A stretch of DNA of 64,000 nt from Squalus acanthias (lineage: Eukaryota), in the NCBI GenBank assembly GCA_030390025.1, contig CM059431.1, forward strand, positions 123,754,001 to 123,818,000, written 5' to 3'. How positions within the stretch are numbered: the stretch's first letter is position 1; each line of letters opens with the position of its first letter. This document shows, piece by piece, positions 10,250 through 21,250 of the stretch. Below the pieces are notes generated by a model. That model made no database searches and had not been told where the DNA came from. It worked only from the letters and a program-made list of their open reading frames with translations. Both the position numbers and the translations under genes were made by a program.

Positions 10250-11338
10250 TCTTGGTCTCGGACAATGCTCGGCACAACATCGAGGGCCGAAGGGCCTGTA
10301 CTGTGCTGTACTGTTCTATGTTCTATGTTCTATGTAAATATAAGAAAACCAAGGGTGTGACGAGAATGAGGAACTTAAAGAAATCATTATTAGTAAAACA
10401 GTACTAGCAAAATTAATGGGACTAAAAGTTGATAAATCCCAAGGACCGGATGACCTACATCCTAGGGTTTTGAAAGAGGTCGCCATTGGGATAGTGGACG
10501 CATTGGTTGTCATCTTCCAAAATTCTATAGTTTCTGGAACGGTTCCTGCAGATTGGAGGATAGCAAATGTAACCCCGCATTTAAGAAAGGAGGGAGAGAG
10601 AAAATGGGGAACTACAAACCTGTTAGCCTCACATCAGTTGTTGGGAAAATGCTGGAATCTATTATGAAGGATACAATAACTGGGCACTTAGAAACTAATA
10701 GTAAGATTGGGCAGAGTCAACATGGATTTATGAAAGGGAAATCCTGTTTGACAAACATATTGGAGTTCTTTGAGGATGTAACTAGTGGAGTAGACAAAGG
10801 GGAACTGGTAGATGTGGTGTATCTGGATTTTCAGAAGGCCTTCGATAAGGTCCCACACAAGAGGTTGGTGAACAAAATTAGGGCACATGGAATTGGGGGT
10901 AATATACTAGCATGGATTGAGAATTGGTTAACAGACAGAAAACAAAGAGTAGGGATAAACGGGCCTTTTTCAGGATGGCAGGCTGTGACTAATGGGGTAC
11001 CGCAAGGATTGGTGCTTGGTCCCCAGCTAATCACAATCTATATCAATGATTTGGATGAGGCGACTAAATGTAACATTTCCAAATTTGCTGATGATACAAA
11101 GCTAGGTGGCAGTGTCAGTTGCAAAAAGGATGTGAAGAGGCTTCAAGGGGATCTCGACAGGCTCAGTGAGTGGGCGAGATTATGGCAGATGGAATATAAT
11201 GTGGATAAATGTGAAGTTATCCACTTTGGTAGAAAAAACAGAAAGGCAGAGTATTTCCTAAATGGTGAAAGATTGGGAAATGCAGATGCTCAAAAGGGAC
11301 CTGGGTGTCCTTGTACATGAGTCACTGAAAGTGAATGT

Positions 11339-12987
11339 TGTAAAGTTTCGCAATTATCGCGATTCAAAATAACATAAGAGAAGCAGATTCGTTTGATCAG
11401 TTTTATTAAATGAAATGCTGTCCTGATAATAAAGGACACAGAAGCCTGTAAAATGGCCACCGAGCATCGTGGCAGAAGCTTCCAGAGACACAGTGGGCAG
11501 ACAAGATGGCGTTGAATATACATTTAGTATAAGATTGGATCATACTCGGTAAACACTGATAAAGACAGGATGCAATCCGTTTGCATTTGAAACAATAGCA
11601 AAGATATAAGTGCTGGAATTGTTTTCCATGCACAAGTAAGGATCATTGTACTGGGCAATCGAAGGCCCATCCAGACACATCAATACACAAATATCCCCCG
11701 GCTCTACAATGAGAGAGACATTGACGGGTGATTAAGCAAGTATTCGGGGGCCCCCAAAACCAGTCAGGGAGACGATTCGTACACATCCTGGCTGGGTCAA
11801 CAATGGGGAAAACATTAACGGATAGTTGGCCAGTTTCAGGTGCTACCGAAACCCGTTAAAGAAGACAACCGCCCCATGCTGGGAGTTTTGTGCACCAGTA
11901 TTACACAAAGGAAAAACATTAAGATTTGAGCGGGAGATAAGGAGGACACATCACTATAACTATAGAGAACAAATGTCCATCGGTCTCTTGATTCTCTTGA
12001 CTCGGGCTGAACTCTTATTCTCTTTTCTCTCGGCGGACCCTTGCTGAAGCTCTTCCTTAGGGCTGGACTTTGTTGACTCTTGACTTTTAGCCGTACTGGT
12101 CGGTTATTCGAATGTTGGGTGGAGCTCACTCGGAACGAGCCGCCCCGACAAGGGCAAGTAACAGGGTGCACCATCCCGAGTGTCGGTAAACGGTGTCTGG
12201 ACCCGAAGGCCCGAAGAGACGAGACGAGACGAGAAGAAGAGGAGAAGAATCCACGTGCCGCCACGGTCAGTAAACCCCGACCGCGCCCGAAAATATACAT
12301 AAAGAACTTTTCATTGAAGTCTACCGACAACCGGTGTCGAGCACAGGAAGACTCTTCTTTGAATTTTACAAACGTTTCCGAGTTCTGTCGAGTTCTTCAT
12401 GACAACAAGGAGTCTGGCCTGCTTGTCGCAGCAGTGAAAATAAACAAGTGGGGTGCAGAGACACTTGCAAACACGTGACAGTCAGGCGCTGCAGCGAAAC
12501 GAGCTGAGTGCCTCACTTTAAAATTCTCCGAAGTAACACGAGTGGTGAGCATGTTTCCCGATCCTACAAATCTAGACGTAGTGTAGGTATTGTTAAGGGA
12601 GGGTGGTTATTAAGGTTAAAGTATAATGTGTTCCCCTTTTTACGATGTGCCGTGCGTTCTTCATTTCCATAGACCAAGCTTTATGAATGTATGTATACTT
12701 GTACTCTCGTTAATTTGCGCCTATGACATGTACTTCATGATTTTGGACGCTATGCAATAAAGATTTCCATTTCGTACTATTCAACCGGGTCTATTTGAGT
12801 TTTTCTCTGCATTACTGCTCTCGCACCTAAGTCCAGTGTTAGAACCGTAAGGGCGAGTGGGTCGAACCACTCACAGGTGCTTATTGCAAAAAGGCTGGCC
12901 GGAGACCAGAGCAAGCAATAGTATTAGGCAACGAAGGCCTAACCTCGCACCAGCACCGTCTCTGAGACACAGGCACAAACCCTTACA
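11339..12987 (+). mobile_element. Solo LTR, family A copy 2 (1649 bp)
   Basis: TGT...ACA termini; 4-bp TSD ATGT (11335-11338, 12988-12991); TATA-like AATATACATAAA near 12292; AATAAA near 12756. Confidence 0.92.
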
Positions 12988-15009
12988 ATGTGCAGGTGCA
13001 GCAAGCCATTAGGAAGGCAAATGGTATGCTGGCCTTCATTACAAGAGGATTTGAGTACAGTAGTAAAGAAGTCTTACTCCAATTATATAGGGCCTTGGTG
13101 AGACCACACCTGGAGTACTGTGTACAATTTTGGTCTCCTTACCTAAGGAAGGATATACTTGCCATAGAGGGAGTGCAACGAAGGTTCACAAGATTGATTC
13201 CTGGGATGGCGTGACTGTCGTATGAGAAGAGATTGAGTAAACTAGGCCTGTATTCTCTTGAATTCAGAAGAATGAGAGGGGATCTCATTGAAGCATTCCA
13301 AATTATTACAGAGCTTGATAGGATGGATGCTGGGAGAATGTTTCCCTTGGCTGGGGAGTCTAGAACCAGGGCCACAGTCTCAGGATAAAGGGTAGGCCAT
13401 TCAAGACTGAGACGAGAAGAAATTTCTTCACACAAAGGGTGGTGAATCTTTGGAATTCTCTACCCTAGAGGGCTGTGGAGGCTCAGTCATTGGGTATATT
13501 CAAAACAGAAGTCGATAGATTTCTGACTCGTAAATGCATCAAGGGATATGGTGATAGGGCCGGTGAATGGAGTTGAGGCAGAAGATCAGCCATGATCTCA
13601 TTGAATGGTGGAGCAGGCTCGAAGGGTTCTGATGTAAATCACACACCATCCTGACTTAGAAGTATATCACTGATCCTTCATCATCGCTGGGTCAAAATCC
13701 TGGAACTCCCCACCTAACAGCACTGTGGGAGTACCTTCATCACAGGGACTGCAGCGGTTCAAGAAGACAGCTCACCACCACCTTCTCAAGGGCAGTTAGG
13801 GATGGGCAATAAATGCTGGCCTTGTCAGCGACGCCCACATCCCAAAAACAAATTTACAAAAAGCTATTCATAATCTACATCAATGATTTGCATGAGGGGA
13901 CCAAATGTATTATATCCATGTTTGCTGATGATACAATGTTGGGTGGGAATGTAAGTTGTGAGGAGGATGCAAGGAGGCTTCAATGGGATATAGACAAGCT
14001 AAGTGAGTGGGCAAGAACATGTCAAATGGAATATAATGTGGAGAAATGTGAAGTTATCCACTTTGGTAAGAAAAATAGAAGAGCATTGTATTTTTTAAAT
14101 GGTGAGAGATTGGGAAATGTTGGTGTTCAGAGGGACTTGGGTGTCCTTTTACCCGAATCACTGAAAGTTAACATGCAGGTACAGCAAGCAATTAGGAAAG
14201 CAAATGGTATTTTGGCCTTGATTACAAGAGGATTTGAGTATAAGAGTAAAGACGTCTTACTGCAATTATATAGGGCCCTGTTGAGACCACACCTGGAGTA
14301 TTGCATACAGTTTTGTCTCCTTGCCTAAAGAAGGATATACTTGCCATAGAGGGAGTGCAATGAAGGTTCACCAGACTGGTTCCTGGGATGGGGGGATTGT
14401 CCTATGAGGATAGATTGAGTTGACTAGGCCTATATTCCCTAGAATTTAGAAGAATGAGAGGTGATCTCATTGAAACATACAAATTCTTACTGGGCTTGAC
14501 AGGGTAGATGCTGGGAGGATGTTTCCCCTGGCTGGGGAGTCTAGAACCAGGGGTCACAGTCTCAGAATAAGGGGTCGGCCATTTAGGACTGAGATGAGGA
14601 GAAATTTCTTCAGAGGGTGAGGAATCTTTGGAATTCTCTACCCCAGAGGGCTGTGGAGCTCAGTCGTTGAGTATATTCAAGACAGAGTCCAATAGATTTT
14701 TGAATATTAAGGGATATGGGGATAGTTTGGGAAAGTGGAGATGGGATAGAAGATCAGCCATGATCTTATTGAATGGCGGAGCAGGCTCGAAGGGCCAAAT
14801 GGTCTACCCCTGCTCCTATTTCTTATGTTCTTATGTAACTTGCGGATGACTTGCTTGTTGATTTTTACTGGCTCTGTGTAAGTTTGTGGAACTGTTCAGA
14901 CCTTTCTACAATTATTTAAAGTTGGTGAGGTGAGAGGGAGTGGTGCTGCAAGTGGGGAAGGCCTTGCTTCTGAATTCAAGGGTTCTGCTCACACCACTTG
15001 CTCCCAGTC

Positions 15010-16145
15010 ATGAGGGCTCTACTTGCAGTCCCCCTCGCGCTGCAGCATGACAGGAAGATGGAGCAGAGGCAGCAAAGAAGTGGACAAGTTGCTTGCAGAG
15101 AGAGGAGGAGGAGGGGCAGGAGGGATCTCAGCAGGAGGCCTTACCCACCTAGGGTCTTCCGAGAGCACTTCTCCTACCTGCAGTTAAGCCAGGAGTAGTG
15201 TATTCGGAGGCTCCGCTTCACCAAGGAGGTGGTCACAGAACTCTGCCACCTCCTGGAAGCAAACCTACATCCTCAGCACAGAGCGATGACGGCGCTGCCA
15301 GTAGCCCTCAAGGCCACCATGGGCCTCAATTTTGTCGTCACCGCATCCTTCCAGTCTGCAGCAGGAGACATAGCAAACATCCCCCAGTTTGCCATCCATC
15401 ACATCCGGGAGGTCACAGAGGCTCTGCATTCCAGAGAAGGGACTTCATTGTCTTATCTTTGAGCAAAGAGAAGCAGGAGGAACATGCATGTGGCTTTGCC
15501 AGGATATCAGGCTTCCCCATGGTGCAGGGCGCCATTGACTGCACATATATGGCTTTGCGGGCACCGCATATCAATCCAGAGATGTACCGCAACCTCAAAA
15601 GCATCTCCTCACTTAACGTGCAGTTGGTGTGCGAACACATCCAGCACATCATGATGGTGAATACCCGGTTTCCTGGCAGCAGTCATGATGCCTTCATCCT
15701 GCACCAGTCCGGTGTGCCAGCAATCTTCCAGCCACCACGTCGAACCCGAGGGTGGCTGCTTGGAGACAGGGGCTATCCGCTCTACACCTGGCTGATGACT
15801 TCCCTCCGCAACCCCACCACTCATGGCCAGAAATCTTATAATGAGAGCCATGCTGCCACGAGGAACCTCATTGAGCAGACCAGATGGGTAATAAAGCAAT
15901 GATTCCGCTGCCTTCACCGCTTGGGAGGAGTCCTCCAGTACACGCCGGAGCGGGTGTCCCATTCCAGCATGGTCTGCTGTATCCTCCACAACTTGGCCAT
16001 CAAAAGGGCGCCACCACACGTTCCCCGACCACCTCAGGAGGAGGAGGAGGAAGAGGAGATGGAGGAGGAAGGGAGGAGGCAGGCAGCAGATCCCCATTCC
16101 GGACAGGCTGTCCGTGAGCGCCTCATCAGACTCTGGTTCTCCTGA
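15010..16145 (+). pseudogene. Harbinger DDE transposase pseudogene
   Basis: RRPYPPRVFREH, GAIDCT, GDRGY and IEQT motifs spread over several frames with stops and frameshifts; acidic C-terminal tract. Confidence 0.9.
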
Positions 16146-16335
16146 ATGAAACCCCAGATCTCCATTGCCCAACACTACCCCAACGTATCATCCCTTTGTC
16201 ACGGAACATCACAGAGTCTTTCTGGGCACAAAGCTGAAATGACAGCCACCACATAACAAACATTCCAAACATAATTTATAAATGAATCAATCCAAAACTA
16301 CATAACTAAGTCAACTAATCACCCTTGTGCATTCC

Positions 16336-18115
16336 CTTAGTGTCTGTCTTTCCTGTTCCTTTGCGTATTCTAGTGCTCCTACGCAGCGCTACCATAGTGG
16401 CTGCAGCATGGCTGGTGGAATTCTGCTGACTTTCCGTGTGGGAGACTGCAGATGGCCTCACAGGACGACCTTGAACAGCTCTGGGCCTAGAAGGCTGGCT
16501 GTAGACTGCACCACCTCAGTATGGGCGGCAACAGACTGGGCTGGCTGGCTGACAGGCAGCAGCAAGGGCACTGGCGGAGTGGCAGGGTGGGAGTGTGAAT
16601 GCTGTCATCCTGAGAGAGAACAGCAGGTTCTTGCTCCACGGAGCCACTGCATTTCCCTGGGGCAGCGCCTCAGCATTCCTCGCCATCTGTTGGAGCACAG
16701 ATTGCTGGAGTGCTGTGAGACCCTGTAAGTCCCTTTCCACACTCATAAACCCAGCCATGATGGCATCAGTCTGAGCTTGCATACGAGCAGTCTGAGCTAC
16801 CAGACATTGTACACCACACCACAAGTGTTCTAATGGAGTTGCCCATCACCTCCATTCTGGAAATCATGGGCTCCAAGCTCCACACAAAGCCCCATGCAAT
16901 GTTGGAGCTGGACTCCTCCATGCTCCTTGACACTGACAAGTGGCTCTCTGGCAGGCCTGCCATTGCACCAAGCATTTCTGTTTGTATGCCCATCACCCTT
17001 CTTCTGAAGGCCATCAAAGTCATCATCTGAGTCCCATGCAGCAGAATTCATGTGCGAATTCGCCCTCCGAGGGAGCTGGCACCCGAGCTACCGTTTCCCC
17101 CTGGCCTGGCTGCAGCCTTCTCGTGTCCGATGACTCACCTTGTGCAGATCCCACCTCTATACTACCCTCCAAAGTCCACACAGTGCCATTTTCTGAGCTG
17201 ATGCCTGGGCTTATCAGATCGAGTGATGGTGCCTCTTCTTCTCCATCGCTCTCCTGCTCTACTTGGTCGGGGACAGGCTGGGCTGCTGGCAGTTGAAAGT
17301 AGAAATAAACAAGTCTTGGGTTGTGGTGAGGGGGGGGGCCAGAGAAACCAAGATGTGGATGCTTACACCATCAGCAGCTTGTAAGTGATAAGAGATTGTG
17401 CCATAAGGGGAAGTGGGATGTGAGAAGAAGGATTAGGTATAAACATACCGTCATCAGCAATGCTTTCAACCTCGCCACTCGCCATAGGCTCAGTGATGGC
17501 CTCTGCAATGATCTCCAGCACCGCCTCCTCCATCGCAGTAAGGTTTTGAAGACGTGCTTCAACCCCCCGCCTGTCTGCTTCTGCTCATGGTGGTTGTGAG
17601 GCACCTTGGCCTGCAAGAGAAAGGGAAGCTTGTCAGTGAGTGTGGTGCAATGCGTTTGGCTGATGTGCCTGTCATGGATGAATAGCTGACATTGTGTGCC
17701 AGGTGTGAGATTTGGGTGTGAGGCTTGCAGCAGTGGTAAGTGTGTGAGCGTCAGGTGAAGCTATGATTATGAGGTAAATGAGTTGTGATTGCTAGAGATT
17801 GTTGGTAAGTGAGTGATGGGTGTGTGGTGCATGGAGTGGTGTGTGACGCTAGTGCTGCAGTAGGTGGCATTTGAAGATGCATTCACTCACCTTGACCACT
17901 GATGTGAGGTCATTAAACTGGATCCAGGTCCTGGGGGTAACACACGTGGCACTGACGGCTTGTGCTATCCCTCCCACTGCCTTCTGGCATTCTATCTGGA
18001 GGCCTCCTGCCCCCTGCCAGTAGAGGACCTGTCTTCTTTTGTGTACCTCCAGGACCAAGGCCTCCAGCGCTGCATTTGAGAAGCGCCTTGACCCTTCTCT
18101 TCCCTGTTGCGCCAT
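16336..18115 (-). pseudogene. Harbinger Myb/SANT-like gene pseudogene (exons about 18115-17891, 17610-17449, 17294-16336)
   Basis: RRFSNAALEALV...RTWIQFNDLT|gtgagt; AKVPHNHHEQKQTGGG exon 2; coiled-coil exon 3 with frameshifts. Confidence 0.8.
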
Positions 18116-19905
18116 GGCTGCATCCAGAGTGACAATGCAGTGCTTCTGCATCAAAGCACTTCCCCATTAAGAAGTACAGAGAGCCTAGGCAAAATTTTAT
18201 TGGCCAGTAGACTCTACATGATATTGTCCCCCCTCTTGAGCGCTGAGCCAACCACCAGCGCCTTTAGCATAAGCTCAGCGCTCCAATCATTATGATAAGC
18301 AGGCAGCACGAAATTTGCATGCTGCCTGCAACACTTTGAATGGGCGCGGGCAGATTGCGTTTCATGCTCCCCGTGCTCGTTTTTGGGCCCAATCCAATTT
18401 CACCCCAAAAGCCTCCTTCATTCTCCATCTGCCCAAGTTTCATATAAACCCCCAGCCCCCAAACTAGCCTACAGCTGATGTCCGAACTGGGTTGAAACCC
18501 CCTTCCCTCACTGTTTGCGACACCGCTGTTGTCCTGATATAAAGAAGAAAAGCAACGAGCAGCCAGTATATCTGAGGCAGTGAGAAGATGGACATTTTGT
18601 AGACGTGGATATGACAAGAAGGGGCGATCTAAGAGATAGAATGGACAGTGAGGGATGTCGGTATAGTTGCTGCAGAACATTTTGTAGACAGGTGTGTGAC
18701 TCTAATGGTCAAGGAACCAGCAGGAGAAGGGAATCAAAGACATAAAGCAGATCGCATGATTTTGAAATTTATGAAACTTTTCAGAAAAGTAACAGGACAG
18801 GCAAACTGAAGCACCTTGTGGAAAAAACCCACAAATAATGTATTTTATAGACCCAAAATGGGCAATATGTTTGTGGGGGGGAGGTTTTCTGTTACAATGG
18901 TCACCTGATAGCACTGACAGCACTTATTTATATTCTTGTAAGTCTGAAAAATTGTTGCAATATAAGTATATGAACACTTAGGGTGCTTGCATCACAGACC
19001 TCTGTCCATTATTTTAATGGAAGTGCAATCTATTGAAAATAAACAGGTTAATGTCTCTGTTAAAATAGTGAACAGACGAATGTCATTTGAAATCATTAAT
19101 GGGGTTAATTTCCATGGGGGTTCTCTTGCTTATGCATCGGAACTTTGGTGGAAAAGTTGCAGAATCTCCGGAGAAATTATATAAATACCATTTTTTTCTG
19201 CCAGTTTTCTGCAGTTTTCACAGCTCTTCCGCCAAAGTTAGGGCAGACATTAACCGCCTAAGTGTCTCTGTATTATTATCACAGTCATGTCTAGGTGATA
19301 ATTCTTAGAGACAAACAATAGCAAATTGCAATTCTATTGTGCTCCTCACTGACAGAGATATGCCTCAGAGTACTTTAGAGAATGAAGGAAAAAGGTAAAC
19401 CCTAAGCAGGAGGAATGTGGGGAAACAGAAAAGTTAGGTTTATGGGACCAAAAGCATCATTAAAGTGAAGTGCTCTTAGGAGGCTTTGGAAAGTAGGAAT
19501 CGAGGTGTGAAGACAGAGGGGGAGAAATTCATTATAGCCCAGGAACTGGCGGAAACTTTTGAAAAGTTTGAGAATTAGCGCCAGCCACTAATGCTGCAGA
19601 CTGCACGCAAAATTCAGTCTCATTGCACAAAGAACGGATTGGAGCACTAAATCAAGCGCTACTGGCGTAGCTCAGTGGCGTAGCTCAGTGGCATTAAACT
19701 CGAAGCGCTGAGTAATATCAGGTGCAGTCTAATCACGAGTTATCATTGCCACAGGCTCTTTCCAGTTCTTAAAGGGAAGGTTTATTGATGCTGCAGAAAC
19801 TCATTTTCATCATTGCTGGCTGTGCAGCCATCTATTCAACTATGGCAGGCACGTCACCCAAACACAATGCTCCACACTCACTCACACACTTTCCTTTCTC
19901 TTGCA

Positions 19906-21250
19906 GGCCAAGGTGGCTCACAACAGGAGGGAGCAGGAGCGCACAGGCTGGGGACAAGCCGACACACAACCACTGTCTGAGCTAGAAACTCGAGTGCTGC
20001 AGATTATTGGGCACCAGGTGGTGGGCGCCATGGTCACCGGCGACGTTGACCCCCTTGGGGACAATAACGGTATGTTCATCCCTGCTCCTTCTTCTCACAT
20101 CCCACTTCCCCTTCACCCCACAAGCCTTTCGCACTTCCCAGCTAATCATGCTGTATGCATGCATTTCTCCCTTTCCTATCCCCCGCCCCTCACCTTAACC
20201 CAACTCTTGTGCCTTTATGCTTTCAGATAATGAGCAAGCACCTGAGCAGCCTGTCCCTGAGGGCACCGTTGAGAGCGAGGTGGGAGAAGAGGAGAAGGAA
20301 GAACACACTGTGTCACTGCATGTCTCACCCGCAGGCACCAGCACAGATACTGGCACTATGCGATCTTTGCAGGCTAGTATAATAGCGGGATCTGCACAGG
20401 GTGAGGCACCGGGGATGAGTGGGCTGCAGCAAGGCCAGGGGGAAAGGATAGCTCGGGAGCCAGCTCCCCGGAGGGCGAGTTCGCGCGCGAGTTCTGCTGC
20501 ACAGAACTCAGATGAGGACCTCAATGGGGAGGCGTTTAGAAGAAGTGTGACACAGCGATGATAGGTGCAATGGCAAGGGTGCCTGAGAGCCTCTCGGCAA
20601 TGGTAAGGAGTATGGAGGAGACCGCCTCCAACATTGCACAGAGCTCTATGCACACCAGTCTGCAAAGGATGGTAGACTCCCAGAGAGATTGTGGCGACCC
20701 AGACCTGTTGCCGCGTGTGATGGGCGATCTGGCAGCTTCCATTGCAGCACAGGCAGAAGTGTCGCAACGTCTTAGTGCTGTAATGCAATCTATGCTTGGT
20801 GGCATCCAATCTCAGACTACTCTCATGCAGTCTCAGCATTGTGCAACGCAAGCTCTGACAGCTGCCATCATGGCTGGGTCTACCACCGTCGACCGAGGCT
20901 TTCACGATGTCGCAGCAGGCCTGCAATCTGTACCCCAACAGATTGCTATGGATGCTGAGGTGCTGTCCCGGGAATGACAGCATTTCTGCTCCTACCACTG
21001 GCACTCCGCTATTGTCCTTGTTGCTGCCTGTCATCCAGCCAGCCCAGACTGCTGCCGCCCATGCTGAGGTGGTGCAGTCTACAGCCGGGCCTTCCAGGCC
21101 CAGAGCTGGTCGAAGGCGTCCTACAAGGCCATCTGAAGTCGCCCGCATGGTCACACAGCAGCCTTCCACCAGCCCTGCTGCAGCCACTGGGCAACATTTC
21201 GTAGGAGCACTAAAGTAGGCAAAGGCACATTAACGAGGGGCACTAAGGAA
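19906..21250 (+). pseudogene. Harbinger Myb/SANT-like pseudogene (exon 2 19906-20069, exon 3 from 20227; exon 1 apparently deleted)
   Basis: ttgcag|AKVAHNRREQERTG exon; exon 3 homologous to 35341-34363 with stops and frameshifts. Confidence 0.8.

Larger units (their letters stand above)
5939..10335 (+). mobile_element. Full-length, apparently intact CR1 LINE (copy D)
   Basis: Tandem-monomer 5'UTR, uninterrupted ORF1 and ORF2, 3' stem-loop GGGCCGAAGGGCCT and (TTCTATG)n tail. No TSD seen. Confidence 0.93.
5910..13635 (+). mobile_element. 5'-truncated degenerate CR1 (copy C); own segments 5910-5938, 10336-11338, 12988-13635
   Basis: VFTEEDTKNL resumes as ENQGCDENEELKEII after the full-length CR1. 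RT motifs (YLDFQKAFDKVPH, FADD) are present. LKVNV|QVQQA is split by the solo LTR. Confidence 0.85.
5494..13861 (+). mobile_element. 3' fragment of a second CR1-group LINE lineage (segments 5494-5909 and about 13638-13861)
   Basis: Encodes an RT C-terminal region (SLSTIYKAQVRSVMEYSPVAW...); the distal segment has AATAAA and an A-rich tail; AGCT lies at both junctions with CR1 copy A. Exact clade not determined. Confidence 0.7.
3392..14836 (+). mobile_element. Degenerate CR1 LINE (copy A), host of nested insertions; own segments 3392-3931, 4769-5493, 13862-14836
   Basis: An ORF1 esterase remnant (NDIG, IISGLLPEP) is joined to mid-ORF2. ORF2 reads continuously across the insertions (LNKYF|VSAFMEE; LGPQL|FIIYINDL). 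FADD motif and (TTCTTATG)n tail present. Confidence 0.85.
3057..18406. mobile_element. Degenerate Harbinger element 1, probably split by about 11.4 kb of nested LINEs at 3392-14836
   Basis: The right part (14837-18406) has a + transposase, a - Myb gene and a TIR-like end CCAATTTCACCCC. The segment 3057-3391 has the TTTAAAGGGATCAT motif also seen upstream of the transposase near 30095-30105. Linking the left end is inference; no clean TSD. Confidence 0.55.

Noticed and set aside
153..12987. One large element bounded by inverted LTRs (DIRS-like)
   Set aside because: Each LTR has its own distinct 4-bp TSD and interrupts a different host; no tyrosine recombinase or LTR-type RT lies between them.
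19141..19239. Imperfect inverted repeat as an ncRNA
   Set aside because: More likely a decayed palindromic MITE relic; nothing else supports an RNA gene.
19663..19692. tRNA gene (GTAGCTCAGTGG)
   Set aside because: It is a 13-bp tandem duplication in a Harbinger subterminal region with no B-box or cloverleaf.
20195..21187. 330-aa minus-strand ORF (similarly 33238-34044)
   Set aside because: Antisense shadows of the Myb and transposase coding sequences.
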